Shown: positions 1 through 10,975, counted from the stretch's first letter. The stretch: DNA of 64,000 nt from Cyanobacteria bacterium P01_A01_bin.123 (GCA_039815185.1 JBCBZT010000003.1:1-64000), one strand, 5' to 3'. The notes: generated by a model from the letters alone, not told the origin. A program made the numbers and translations.

Positions 1-660
1 CGCCGCCGCTGAAACGATTGAAGACGCCAGGTCTAAATCGTCGGCGTTGAGTACCATTGCCGCTGCCTATGTCGAGTTAAACGATAATCCCCATGCCGCG
101 CAAGTGTTAGAAAAGGCCCTCGCCGCCGCTGAAACGATTGAAACGATTGAGGACGACAGGTATAAATCGTCTGTGTTGAGTGCTATTGCCGCCGCCGCTG
201 TTGAGTTAAACGACGATGCCCAGGCCGCGCAAGTGTTAGAAAAATCCCTCGCCGCCGCTGAAACGATTGAAGACGACGAGTATCAATCGGAGGCGTTGAG
301 TGCTATTGCCGCCGCCGCTGTTGAGTTAAACGACGATGCCCATGCCGCGCAAGTGTTAGAAAAATCCCTCGCCGCCGCTGAAACGATTGAGGACGACTGG
401 CGTAAATCGGAGGCGTTGAGTGCTACTGCCGCCGCCGCTGTCGAGTTAAACGACGATGCCCAGGCCGCGCAAGTGTTAGAAAAATCCCTCGCCGCCGCAA
501 AAACGATTGAGCACGACTGGCATAAATCGGAGGCGTTGAGTGCTATTGCCGCTGCCGCTGTCGAGTTAAACGACGATGTCCAGGCCGCGCAAGTGTTAGA
601 AAAATCCCTCGCCGCTGCTGAGACGATTGAGGACGACGGGGCTAAATCGAGTGCATTATC
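1..660 (+). repeat. Coding tandem repeat, 120-bp unit, about 5.5 copies visible
   Basis: Units start at 1, 121, 250, 370, 490 and 610. The second unit carries an in-frame 9-bp duplication (gaaacgatt). Confidence 0.95.
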
Positions 661-1408
661 TCTGATTATTGAAACTATTGATCAATGGCCGGATCAAGCC
701 TTCAGACAAGCGCTGCTAGAGGCTGCACTACAGTCAGCCAATGGAGAAAATGCGTCTGTACCAATGGTAAAAATTTCTGCCCTGTATGCTAAGCAGCATC
801 GGTGGGGCAAGGCGCTGGCTGCTCTGAGACAATGTCAGGAGAGCAAGAAAATTGTGGGGCTGACGCAGATTTTCACTGCTCAGGCGGAAGGGAGAAACCT
901 CAGATTGATTCAGGGAGCCCTTGTTTTACCGGAGGGTGAACAAGGTATACAGGTGATGGGGAATGCTGGCAGTTACACCTTTGAAGTCTCAGTGCAAAGC
1001 CCTGACGAAGATTGCGACAACTATGCCGACTGGATAGAAATCATCACCCCAAACGGGATGCTCAAGGGACGAGAAGTTTACACCCATCCCCATCTAGGCA
1101 ACCTCACCTTTACCGCGACGCTGTCATCCCTTGAGATTCAACCCAGTGACGAGGTGATCGTCCGTGCCCACTTCCATGGTATCTATGCCTCTGGGGAGGA
1201 TCCATTAATAGATATTGTGTTTAGAGACCAGATGGGTGGAGGCCGTTACGAAAAATCTGGTTACACAGATCAAGCCTTGAGGGGCAGCGTAGCTGAAGGT
1301 TTTAGGTCGGTGCGGATTTCAGAGCACTATGCAAAATGGCTGGAGAAAGCAGAGCCGCTGCCCGTATGGGAGGACTGTGAGCTGGCGTCACGGGGTGATG
1401 GCACATGA
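2..1408 (+). CDS. Partial (5'-truncated) protein with 40-aa TPR-like helical tandem repeats and a C-terminal His/Cys-containing beta domain
   Basis: The frame is open from base 2 (AAAETIEDARSKSSAL...), so the TTG at 47 is internal. It carries repeats of ETIEDDxxKSxALSAIAAAAVELNDDAQAAQVLEKSLAAA and C-terminal motifs SPDEDCDNYADW..HPH..VRAHFH. Confidence 0.85.
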   Translation, partial: AAAETIEDARSKSSALSTIAAAYVELNDNPHAAQVLEKALAAAETIETIEDDRYKSSVLSAIAAAAVELNDDAQAAQVLEKSLAAAETIEDDEYQSEALSAIAAAAVELNDDAHAAQVLEKSLAAAETIEDDWRKSEALSATAAAAVELNDDAQAAQVLEKSLAAAKTIEHDWHKSEALSAIAAAAVELNDDVQAAQVLEKSLAAAETIEDDGAKSSALSLIIETIDQWPDQAFRQALLEAALQSANGENASVPMVKISALYAKQHRWGKALAALRQCQESKKIVGLTQIFTAQAEGRNLRLIQGALVLPEGEQGIQVMGNAGSYTFEVSVQSPDEDCDNYADWIEIITPNGMLKGREVYTHPHLGNLTFTATLSSLEIQPSDEVIVRAHFHGIYASGEDPLIDIVFRDQMGGGRYEKSGYTDQALRGSVAEGFRSVRISEHYAKWLEKAEPLPVWEDCELASRGDGT

Positions 1409-1476
1409 CTATTGCGCAACAGTGGTATCCCTGCCGCCAGGCCGCCTAGCCTAACCGTCAACCCAACACTCAAAAC

Positions 1477-1502
1477 CCCCGGATTCTTAAAGAATCCAGG
1501 GG
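1477..1502. terminator. Stem-loop between convergent genes (possible terminator or REP-like palindrome)
   Basis: ccccggattct-taa-agaatccagggg. Confidence 0.5.
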
Positions 1503-1570
1503 CCTTAAATAGTTCCAGCAATTGATGTCTGAGGTTACGGTAACAACCCATCAAATCTGTGGGCCAACCG

Positions 1571-3577
1571 CTACGCCAATAGCGCTTTAGCCTTAGCCAG
1601 CACATTCTCAACCGTAAAGCCGTACGCCTCCATGATCTTGCCCCCGGGTGCAGACGCGCCAAAGCGATCCACACTGACTGTATCGCCCTCAGTTCCCACG
1701 TAGCGATACCAGCCAAAGCTAGCCCCTGCTTCAACTGCCAAGCGCTTGGTGACAGCCTTAGGCAACACAGACTCACGGTAGGCGGCATCTTGGGCATCAA
1801 ACAATTCCCAAGATGGCATGGAGACGACGCGCACCTTCTTTCCTTCTGCACGCAGCGTTTCAGCGGCCTGCACACACAGATTCACTTCGCTCCCTGTGCC
1901 AATTAAGATTAAATCGGGGGTGCCATCGCTATCAGACAACACATAAGCACCTTGGGCAACTTTAGTCGCAGTAGAACCGTCCAGATTAGGCAAACCTTGG
2001 CGAGTGAGGGCCAGTAAGGTCGGTGCTTTACGATTGGCGATCGCGACCTGATAAGCACCCGACGTTTCATTGCCATCCGCCGGACGAATCACCGTCAAGT
2101 TAGGAATCACCCGCAATGACGCCACTGTTTCAACGGGTTGGTGGGTAGGGCCGTCTTCCCCTAACCCGATAGAGTCGTGGGTCATCACATAGATGACACC
2201 CGCTTCAGACAGAGCTGACAGGCGAATCGCAGCCCGCATGTAGTCCGCAAAAACTAAGAAGGTGGCACAGTAGGGAATCAATCCAGAATTGTGCAGAGCA
2301 ATACCGTTACAGATTGCCCCCATGCCGTGTTCTCGTACCCCAAACCGCAGGTTACGATTTTCATACTGCCCCTTTTGGAAACTGCCCGAAATTTTCAATT
2401 CCGTCAGGTTAGAGTGGGTCAAGTCAGCGGAACCCCCAATCAATTCAGGAATAGCGGGAGCCAACGCATTCAGACATTTTTCTGAATGCTTGCGGCTGGC
2501 TATGCCCTTGTCGGCTGGGGTATAGCTCGGCAACGTATCAGACCAGCCTGCGGGCAGCTGACCTGAGAGCATTCGCTCAAACTCGGCGGCAGCTTCAGGA
2601 TATTTGGTGCGATAGGTGGCTAGGGTTTCTTCCCACTCAGCCTGATAGCTCGCCCCCCGTTCAATGGCTTGACGCATGTGAGCGAGGGCATCGTCAGGAA
2701 TCTCAAATTCGCCGTAGCTCCAACCTAGATTCTCGCGGGTTGCCTTGATTTCGTCTGTGCCCAGGGCAGCCCCATGAATCCCTGCGGTATTTTGCCGATT
2801 GGGTGAACCATAGCCGATGGTAGTGGTGACCTTAATAAAAGAAGGCTTGTCGGTCACGGCTTTAGCCGCTTCAACTGCCTTGGCGATCGCGTCTAGATCG
2901 TTGTTGCCGTCTTCGACATGCTGAACATGCCAACCATAGGCTTCAAACCGCTTGGCCACATCTTCAGTAAACGAAATATCGGTTGAACCATCAATGGAAA
3001 TATGGTTGTCGTCATAGAGGGCAATCAGCTTGCCCAACCCTAAGTGCCCGCCCAAAGAGCAGGCTTCCCCGGAGACCCCTTCCATGTTGCAACCGTCACC
3101 CAAAATAACGTAGGTGTAATGGTCGACTAAGGTGCAATCTGGCTTATTGAAGCGAGCCGCCAAGTGGGCTTCAGCCATGGCCAACCCAACGCCGTTAGCA
3201 ATTCCCTGGCCTAAAGGCCCCGTGGTTACTTCGACACCAGGCGTCTCAAAGTTCTCTGGGTGACCTGGGGTGCGCGATTCCCACTGGCGAAACTGCTTGA
3301 TGTCGTCAAGGGTAACGCTGTCGAACCCAGTCAAATACAAGAGTGCGTACTGCAACATGCAACCATGACCGGCTGAAAGCACAAAGCGATCGCGGTTGAA
3401 CCAGTCAGGATTTTTGGGATTAACCCGCATAAACTGATTCCATAGGACAAAAGCCATGGGCGCTGCCCCCATGGGCAACCCTGGGTGACCAGACTTAGCT
3501 TTCTCCACAGCGTCGATGGCGAGAAAGCGAATAGAGTTGATACAAAGTGCTTCGAGTGATTGGGTTGCGACAGCCAT
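1571..3577 (-). CDS. tkt: Transketolase
   Basis: [26 protein letters not shown] ThDP motif, [16 protein letters not shown]. Confidence 0.98.
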   Translation of the reverse strand: MAVATQSLEALCINSIRFLAIDAVEKAKSGHPGLPMGAAPMAFVLWNQFMRVNPKNPDWFNRDRFVLSAGHGCMLQYALLYLTGFDSVTLDDIKQFRQWESRTPGHPENFETPGVEVTTGPLGQGIANGVGLAMAEAHLAARFNKPDCTLVDHYTYVILGDGCNMEGVSGEACSLGGHLGLGKLIALYDDNHISIDGSTDISFTEDVAKRFEAYGWHVQHVEDGNNDLDAIAKAVEAAKAVTDKPSFIKVTTTIGYGSPNRQNTAGIHGAALGTDEIKATRENLGWSYGEFEIPDDALAHMRQAIERGASYQAEWEETLATYRTKYPEAAAEFERMLSGQLPAGWSDTLPSYTPADKGIASRKHSEKCLNALAPAIPELIGGSADLTHSNLTELKISGSFQKGQYENRNLRFGVREHGMGAICNGIALHNSGLIPYCATFLVFADYMRAAIRLSALSEAGVIYVMTHDSIGLGEDGPTHQPVETVASLRVIPNLTVIRPADGNETSGAYQVAIANRKAPTLLALTRQGLPNLDGSTATKVAQGAYVLSDSDGTPDLILIGTGSEVNLCVQAAETLRAEGKKVRVVSMPSWELFDAQDAAYRESVLPKAVTKRLAVEAGASFGWYRYVGTEGDTVSVDRFGASAPGGKIMEAYGFTVENVLAKAKALLA

Positions 3578-3951
3578 ATTCCTAGTGTGTATTAACGACG
3601 GTACAACGGCGGGTGGGGAAGGCTAACAGGCAGCCTCTACAATTCCGAGCAAACAGGTGGGCGTTCAAACCACTTCCAATTAAAAGCTTGAGTAGGGCAT
3701 CAGGCCCAATCATTCCCATTGGGAAAAATCATGAATTTTGGATGTGGACGAACTCCTCAATCATCCCATCCTCTCGGATCAAGGAGCAAGGGGGATACGG
3801 GTAGATAAAGCATGGGGGAGCACTAAACGACCTAGCGACTTGATAGGTCATTATACCTATTGACAACCCAATTTGTATGCCAAACATTGTCAGATTAAAC
3901 GCTGTGGCGCTCCCCAAACTCAAAAAAGCAAGTTTTCAAATCGGCTGGCGT

Positions 3952-5205
3952 TTAGTGACGATACTTTCGAAATGCCAGGGTGACATTGTGTCCGCCAAAG
4001 CCGAAGGAATTGGAAAGGGCAACTTCAACCGTTTGAGCCCGCCCTTGATGGGGAACATAGTCCAGATCACACCCTTCGTCGGGATTTTCAAGGTTGATCG
4101 TCGGCGGTACCCAATCGTTGGCAACCGCCATCGCAGCCGCTACCCCTTCAATCCCACCAGACCCACCCAGCAGATGGCCCGTCATTGATTTGGTTGAACT
4201 CACGGCAATTTGATGGGCGCTGGCTCCCAAAGCAGCTTTGATCGCCTTAGTTTCTGTCGGGTCGTTGGCGGGGGTGCTGGTGCCGTGGGCATTGATGTAG
4301 CTCACTTGATCGGGGGTCAGGTTGGCATCTTTCAACGCCATGCTGATGGCCCGACTCGCCCCTTCCCCACCTGGGGTTGGGGCTGTCATATGGTAAGCAT
4401 CACAGGTCATGCCGTAGCCCACAATTTCAGCGTAGATCTTAGCGCCACGACTGACGGCATGATCGAGCGCTTCAAGTAATAGGATGCCGCACCCTTCACC
4501 CATAACAAACCCGTCGCGATCGCGATCGAAAGGTCGGCTGGCATGGCTGGGATCTTCATTGCGGGCTGAGAGTGCCCTGGCTGAGGCAAACCCGGCTATC
4601 GCTAAAGGGGTAATGGAGGCCTCTGTACCGCCACAAATCATGGCTTGGGCGTAGCCATTTTGGACAATCCGAAACGCATCGCCAATGGCGTTGGATCCAG
4701 CAGCACAGGCCGTTACCGCGCAAGAATTTGGCCCCTTAGCGCCAGTATGAATCGCCGTTAAACCTGCGGCCATGTTGGCAATCATCATGGGCACCATAAA
4801 GGGGCTGCAGCGGCTGGGCCCGCGGGTCAGATAAACTTCCTGTTGAGCTTCCATCACCTTGAGGCCGCCCACCCCTGTGCCGATCATGACGCCGACTTGT
4901 TCCGCGTTGAGATCTGTAATCTCAAATTTGGCATCCCGCAGTGCTTGGGAGCTGGTCGCCACCGCAAATTGGGCAAAGCGATCCATGCGCTTGGCGTCTT
5001 TGCGATCGAGATAGGCGAGGGGGTCAAATCCTTTTACTTCACCGGCAATGCGACAGTTGTGTTTAGCCGCATCAAAAGCTGTGATCGGGCCGATGCCATT
5101 TTTAGCGTTGACTAACCCATCCCAATACTCAGCTAGGGTATTGCCCAAGGGCGTAATCGCCCCCATGCCAGTAATCACAACGCGCTTTTTAGTCGAATCT
5201 GTCAT
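3952..5205 (-). CDS. fabF: Beta-ketoacyl-ACP synthase II
   Basis: RVVITGMG, TACAAG, NAHGTST, GHLLG, SNSFGFGGHN; start moved to MTDSTKKR; follows acpP. Confidence 0.97.
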   Translation of the reverse strand: MTDSTKKRVVITGMGAITPLGNTLAEYWDGLVNAKNGIGPITAFDAAKHNCRIAGEVKGFDPLAYLDRKDAKRMDRFAQFAVATSSQALRDAKFEITDLNAEQVGVMIGTGVGGLKVMEAQQEVYLTRGPSRCSPFMVPMMIANMAAGLTAIHTGAKGPNSCAVTACAAGSNAIGDAFRIVQNGYAQAMICGGTEASITPLAIAGFASARALSARNEDPSHASRPFDRDRDGFVMGEGCGILLLEALDHAVSRGAKIYAEIVGYGMTCDAYHMTAPTPGGEGASRAISMALKDANLTPDQVSYINAHGTSTPANDPTETKAIKAALGASAHQIAVSSTKSMTGHLLGGSGGIEGVAAAMAVANDWVPPTINLENPDEGCDLDYVPHQGRAQTVEVALSNSFGFGGHNVTLAFRKYRH

Positions 5206-5441
5206 AATCTCGTTCAAATACATTGAGTGACCTGGCACCCATACCGTGATCTAAGTCCCTCTGCACTCAATACCGTTGCCTAAGTTCTGTTGCACCCATA
5301 ACTTTGCCTAAGTACTGTCCGTATTCATGATCAGCAAATGCGGTTGCATTCCACCCATGAGCTTGCTCCATGAATACGCTGCCCCGTCGCCTTAGCCATC
5401 CACGAAAACCTGGAAGGCTGGCAACGGGGCGATCGCAATTG

Positions 5442-5684
5442 CTAAGCAGCTGATTTTTCTTTGATAAAGTCAACGGCAGATTGAACCGTACCAATGCCTT
5501 CTGCGGCTTCATCCGGAATCTCTATGTCGAATTCCTCCTCTAAAGCCATGACCAACTCAACAGTGTCTAGGGAATCGGCCCCTAAATCATTGGCAAAACT
5601 AGCTTCAGGCTTGACTTCAGCTTCGTCAACGCCCAGTTGTTCAGCCACGATTTTTTTGACTTTCTCAAAAACTTCTTCGCTCAT
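5442..5684 (-). CDS. acpP: Acyl carrier protein
   Basis: [20 protein letters not shown]; start at MSEEVFEK. Confidence 0.98.
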   Translation of the reverse strand: MSEEVFEKVKKIVAEQLGVDEAEVKPEASFANDLGADSLDTVELVMALEEEFDIEIPDEAAEGIGTVQSAVDFIKEKSAA

Positions 5685-6148
5685 GGACTCCTTACCCTTT
5701 ACTGACATAGAGAAAATTACGGTTCCCGCTACTTTGACGGCAAATCAGGTTAAGCACAGCGCTATTCACCGAATTTGTCCGCAAAGCAGCTATCCTTTGC
5801 CTGAATTGGCCGAGCTTAGCCTCCAAGCATTTCATCATATTATCTGAAAGCGTGCCGCTCCATTCAGTTGTCTGTGCCTGAACAGGATTAGGCACAACCC
5901 CTCAAAAGTCAGCTTGAGGCGATCGCCCTACACAGTCGCCCAACCCCTTTTCCAATCAGGCATTGCTGCGAAACAAACTTCCCCAGCTTTATTACATTCC
6001 ATAAAGTTTTGTAGTGCCAAGCTCAAACAGGAAAAACCGTCGCTATAGACTATTCATTGATTGGAGAACCCTTACTCGCAGTCGATTCTAAGTCTCTCTG
6101 GGATTTTCCTATGAGAATGCTTAGCGTCGTACTGTGCAATACCTATAA

Positions 6149-6412
<264 letters not shown>

Positions 6413-6463
6413 GCCTGCCGATAGCGATCGATTTTCTAATCGCAAGATGACAAAATCGACTCG

Positions 6464-6497
6464 AAGCTCTCCCGATTCTATGTCGGGAGAGCTTTTC
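6464..6497 (+). terminator. Rho-independent terminator of psaC
   Basis: aagctctcccga-loop-tcgggagagctt followed by T-rich bases. Confidence 0.8.
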
Positions 6498-6578
6498 TGT
6501 TGCTTATTAGGGCGTGTCATCAATTAAACGCGAAAAACTTTATGGCTGAGCCTTGTCACGCCCGACCAATTAAACGAA

Positions 6579-6638
6579 CTAGGGGCTGTCACCACTGTGC
6601 TGCGAGTAATGAACCCCTGATAGTTGACAGCCCCCTAG
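6579..6638. mobile_element. About 60-bp MITE-like element with CTAG-bounded inverted ends
   Basis: ctaggggctgtca (6579-6591) and tgacagccccctag (6625-6638); the right end contains the ftsX stop codon. Confidence 0.45.
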
Positions 6639-7537
6639 CGCACAGCAAACTTGCGAACCGCGAGTAGGCTACCCAGCAGCCCCACGATAATTCCCAAAGA
6701 GAATAAAGAGATGGGTAGCAACATCGCTTGGTCAGCCGTGAGTTGTAGGCCATTGAGCAAAAACTGGACAAAATCCGGTTGTTGGGCCGTAAATTCCTGT
6801 AGCGCCCGGTGAATGCCGTACAGTGACACCCAAGATAACCCCGCACCCAAAACACCAAAAGTAGCCCCTTGCAAAATGAACGGCAAATAAATCCAAACGC
6901 GGGTTGCACCGACTAACTGCATCACTTCAATCTCACGACGACGGGCCATGACGATTAAGCGAATCGTGGTGGTAATCACTGCGATCGCAGTCAGGCTCAA
7001 AATCGCAATGATAAAGAATCCCACCCAGCGTAAACCCTCGTTCAATTGGGCCAGTCGCTTCACCGCTTCAGCAATGTAGAGTACTTCATCCACCCCTTCA
7101 ACCGCGTCCAGCTTTTGGGCCAGTGTGGGTACATCCTCAGAAGTGCGCGCCCGCACTTTTAGCTCATCAACTAAGGGATTGCCTTTGAGCTGCTCCGTTG
7201 CGCCTTCGATATCAGAGACGCCCAGATCTTTGACCAAATTTTCCCAAGCGGCTTCTTTGCTAACAGTTTCAACCCCACTTACCTCAGGGAAAGCCTCTAC
7301 CTGAGGCTTCAGGGTGTCGGCATTAACGCCACTCTCCAAATAAACCGAAACTTCCAACTGGCTACCAAATTGGTTGAGCAAGCTCTCCAACTGCCAGGTG
7401 GACTGGAGGCTAATGCCAAAGAGAAACAGCAGCACCGTCATCGTGCTCACCGCCGCCCAGTTCATCCAACCGCCCCGCTGTAGCCCCAAGAGGGTTTCCC
7501 GCAGCAAATAGTCAGACTTGGTTAAAAGCTTAAACAT
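6635..7537 (-). CDS. ftsX: Cell division permease FtsX
   Basis: Four-TM pattern, TTIRLIVMARRREIEVMQLVGAT..I..PF..QG; start MFKLLTK. Confidence 0.92.
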   Translation of the reverse strand: MFKLLTKSDYLLRETLLGLQRGGWMNWAAVSTMTVLLFLFGISLQSTWQLESLLNQFGSQLEVSVYLESGVNADTLKPQVEAFPEVSGVETVSKEAAWENLVKDLGVSDIEGATEQLKGNPLVDELKVRARTSEDVPTLAQKLDAVEGVDEVLYIAEAVKRLAQLNEGLRWVGFFIIAILSLTAIAVITTTIRLIVMARRREIEVMQLVGATRVWIYLPFILQGATFGVLGAGLSWVSLYGIHRALQEFTAQQPDFVQFLLNGLQLTADQAMLLPISLFSLGIIVGLLGSLLAVRKFAVR

Positions 7538-7889
7538 GGTCGTAATCCCCAGATGTGGAGCCGTCTTGAAGTGTTGGACTCTACCGATAGCGAAAAGATG
7601 ATCAAGATGCACCCGCCACAAGTTTGGCATGGCTTAAGTTAGGGCGGTCTTAAGCAAATGTCAAGATCTGGGGCCGCTAGCGTTAGTTTCCGCTGAAATC
7701 ATCAGGGGTCAGGGGTGAGCGCGTTAGGTGCAAAAACACCCCCTTCCCCCTAACGCTTTGCCCCCAACGAAATCCAACATGTCTTGCCTGTCAGTAGCAG
7801 ATTTTTTCAACTTAAATAGATCCTCCCTTGTGTTGTTAGGATGGGGAAGAAAATAACTATTCCTACCGTCGTTCACGGTTTGCGCATCC

Positions 7890-8453
7890 ATGGCTGTCGA
7901 GATTCAAGTTGCAAAGAAAAAGCTTAAAACCCCACCTTTAGAGATTCATTACTTGGGCGATCGCGTTTTAAGACAGCCCGCTAAGCGGATCGCAAAGGTT
8001 GACAACGACATCCGCGCCCTGGCACGAGAAATGCTACAGACGATGTACAGCGCTGACGGGATTGGCTTAGCTGCCCCCCAAGTGGCCGTAAATAAGCAGT
8101 TAATTGTGATTGATACCGAACCCGACAAAGCCACCAATCAGCCTTTGATTTTGATCAACCCCAAAATTACCCGCAACAGCAAAGAGCTTTGTACCGGGCA
8201 AGAAGGTTGCTTAAGCATTCCGGGGGTTTATTTAGACGTGATCCGGCCTGCGGCGATCGAAGTGTCCTATAAAGACGAAAATGGTCGGCCCCAAAAACTA
8301 CAGGCAGCCGATTTATTGGCACGAGCCATTCAACACGAAATGGATCACCTCACAGGCGTCATGTTCGTCGATCGGGTTGACAATGCCTTGGCCTTAAACC
8401 AAGAGCTCCAAAAAAACGGCTTCTCTGCCAAGGATGTGCGGACGACAGTTTAA
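7890..8453 (+). CDS. def: Peptide deformylase
   Basis: GIGLAAPQV, EGCLSIP, QHEMDHL. Confidence 0.98.
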   Translation: MAVEIQVAKKKLKTPPLEIHYLGDRVLRQPAKRIAKVDNDIRALAREMLQTMYSADGIGLAAPQVAVNKQLIVIDTEPDKATNQPLILINPKITRNSKELCTGQEGCLSIPGVYLDVIRPAAIEVSYKDENGRPQKLQAADLLARAIQHEMDHLTGVMFVDRVDNALALNQELQKNGFSAKDVRTTV

Positions 8454-8581
8454 TCTGTAGTTAAAGGGCAGAGGAAAGAGGATACCGTCATCGTTTCAGC
8501 GCCAACCTGTTATCAATGCTGGGATGTGTACGGTCTATTTGCTAGTCTCTGCAATATCAATCGTTGAGGAGATAGAAATCT

Positions 8582-8779
8582 GTGACTCCAAAAAGTGGTG
8601 CTTTGCTGGGGGGCTGCTGTCTCACTGCGATCTCAGCAGTGGCGGCGATCTTTGAACTGTCAACGGGAGAACCCGATTGGGGGACTTTGCCCACGGGCCT
8701 TTTCCTAGCCGTCTGCATTCCCCTGACCGGGCTGTTTTTCTATGCAGCAGTAAAAGACGCACGGGCCAATCAGCCCTAA
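8582..8779 (+). CDS. Small two-TM hypothetical membrane protein
   Basis: GTG start preceded by GAGGA; two hydrophobic segments. Confidence 0.7.
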   Translation: MTPKSGALLGGCCLTAISAVAAIFELSTGEPDWGTLPTGLFLAVCIPLTGLFFYAAVKDARANQP

Positions 8780-8912
8780 GGGATTGTTTAACCAGTGCAG
8801 CGGTTCGGTATGCCTACAGCGATCGCGACCCTGCCCTTGCACTGTCTTTCAAGGTTGATATCAGGATCGCGATTTTATCTACAGGTTGTCCTGGCAACGA
8901 GGCAATCTGAAT

Positions 8913-9980
8913 TTATTCCCAACCCGCGCGATCGCAGACTTGCAGTGCTAACGGATTATTGCGTCCAAAAACAGCGGCGCTCACCGTATCCTCTTTGAAG
9001 TCACCAAAACTTGCGACTACTGGATCAAGGGGTGCCCCTTCAACAACAGGGTACTCATTATTACCCTCCGCAAAAATTTGCTGGGCCTCTGGGCTGACCA
9101 GATATTCCAGGAACTGGATAGCTGCTTCTTTATTGGGAGCGGACTTCAAAACCCCTGCGCCACTGATGTTGACGTGCGTCCCCCGCTCGCCCTCACCCTG
9201 ATTGGGGAAAAAGACCCCCATTCGGTCAGCGATCGCTTGATCTTGAGGGTCATCCGACTTGGCTAAACGCGCTAGATAATAGGTATTCGCGATCGCAATA
9301 TCGCCCAACCCAGCCGCAGCCGCTTTGATCTGAGCTGTGTCGTTTGCTTCCGGATCGCGGGCAAAATTCGCCACAAACTCACTCACCCACTCCTCAGTGG
9401 CTTCCTCACCGTGGGCTGCGATCAAAGACCCAACCAAGGACTGATTGTAGATATTCGTAGACGAACGGACTAAGATTCGTCCCCGCCATTTTGGATCAGC
9501 CAAATCTTCGTAAGTTGACAATTCACTTGGATCAACAGCATCTCGGTTGTACATAATCACCCGAGCCCGTTTGGTTAAACCAAACCATAGTCCTTCTGGA
9601 TGTCGCAAGTACTCAGGAATCGCCTGTTCCAACGTAGAAGAGGCAATTGGCTCAAACAAATCTTCCTGATCGGCTCGCCACAGTCGCCCTGCATCGACCG
9701 TCACTAACAAATCCGCCGGGCTATTGGTTCCTTCGTTTTTAATCCGCTCAATCAGTAAATCAGCCTCTGCTTCGATTAGATTGACGCGAATCCCCGTGGC
9801 GTCTGCAAAGCCTTCATAGAGAGCATCATCAGTATCGTAGTGCCGAGAAGAATATAAGTTCAGCGACGAATTGCTGCGTCCACCAAACTGGGCGCTTGCC
9901 GTCTTGGGTCGGAACTGTCCAAAGGCCGCCGCCGTGACTGCGGCTCCAGCACCTAGAAATACTCGTCTGTTGAATTTCAT
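8913..9980 (-). CDS. futA: Fe(III) ABC transporter periplasmic binding protein (FutA/IdiA family), Tat signal
   Basis: NRRVFLG Tat motif, LYSSRHY, YNQSL, ANTYYLAR, HVNISGAG. Confidence 0.95.
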   Translation of the reverse strand: MKFNRRVFLGAGAAVTAAAFGQFRPKTASAQFGGRSNSSLNLYSSRHYDTDDALYEGFADATGIRVNLIEAEADLLIERIKNEGTNSPADLLVTVDAGRLWRADQEDLFEPIASSTLEQAIPEYLRHPEGLWFGLTKRARVIMYNRDAVDPSELSTYEDLADPKWRGRILVRSSTNIYNQSLVGSLIAAHGEEATEEWVSEFVANFARDPEANDTAQIKAAAAGLGDIAIANTYYLARLAKSDDPQDQAIADRMGVFFPNQGEGERGTHVNISGAGVLKSAPNKEAAIQFLEYLVSPEAQQIFAEGNNEYPVVEGAPLDPVVASFGDFKEDTVSAAVFGRNNPLALQVCDRAGWE

Positions 9981-10237
9981 TGCATGTTACCTCACAGGTG
10001 AAAGATGGGGCTTGCTTCAACTCCGTCAGTGACAGAGATTTAATTGAGACTGTCTCCTATTAAAATAGATTTACCATGGAATCAAGCTGTTTCAGTATCA
10101 ATCTCTTAATTCACCGTACTATAGGCTTCAATAGCCTTTCAGACTAAGTTTGTATTGGATAGTCCCAAATTTCTAATGATGAGTCGTTGTCATCATCAAA
10201 GCGATTAAAACAAGAATGATCCTATTAGTTTTTGTCA

Positions 10238-10975
10238 ATGATTGACAAATCATCTCATTTATCGCGTAAGGTCTGGAAAGATCATCGCAGATTGCTCACA
10301 GTTGCCTTGTATTTGCTGGCATCCGTAGGGCTGCACAGTGTTATGTTGCGACTGCCAATGCTGTCTCTCAGTCAGTCTGAAGATATCCGCCAAGATTTAT
10401 CCATCATTGACGAGGCCAGCGACAACTTTTTTGATGTGGTTGAGCTACCCTCAGCACAACTTCCTGAAACCGCTCCCCCAGGCGATCCAATACCACCGCC
10501 ATCCAATCCAACGCCCCAACAACAACCCCCGCCTAACCCGGCCACACCACCTACCCTGACGCCAGAAACACAACTAACGCCAAATACAACATCTGATCCA
10601 GATTCCGAAAACCCTCGCTCTGCAACCACTGGGTCCGAGACGAACGAAACACCCGATCCTCTCCCCTACGCCAATTTCACCCACCCAACTGGCGCAACTG
10701 CGGGTTGCCAGGGGAATGAAGACTGTTGGGAAATGCCGGGTAACTGGAGAAGCAATGCCCCTCTACTTGAAGCCCAAATAGAAGCAGAGGGATACGAATT
10801 TCGCGACTTAACGGACGATCTAGCCGAGACTCCAGGCGTCCAGATCTACGCAGCCTACAAAGATGACCAACCTCAGTACTACATCAGCATCGTGTCAGTG
10901 CTGGGGGGAACTCGATATGTGTTTAGTGATCAGTCAATGACGACTGAGGAACTCAGTGCTTTGCAAGGCCCATAA
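10238..10975 (+). CDS. Membrane-anchored Pro-rich protein with TonB-like N-terminus
   Basis: TM helix with ASVGLH (SxxxH), long Pro/Thr-rich linker, globular C-terminal domain. Confidence 0.65.
   Translation: MIDKSSHLSRKVWKDHRRLLTVALYLLASVGLHSVMLRLPMLSLSQSEDIRQDLSIIDEASDNFFDVVELPSAQLPETAPPGDPIPPPSNPTPQQQPPPNPATPPTLTPETQLTPNTTSDPDSENPRSATTGSETNETPDPLPYANFTHPTGATAGCQGNEDCWEMPGNWRSNAPLLEAQIEAEGYEFRDLTDDLAETPGVQIYAAYKDDQPQYYISIVSVLGGTRYVFSDQSMTTEELSALQGP

Noticed and set aside
1..660. Repeat with variable interior as a CRISPR array or DGR variable region
   Set aside because: Units are 120 bp, in frame and coding. The variable part is only a few codons and the changes are not adenine-specific. 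No cas or reverse transcriptase gene is in the window.
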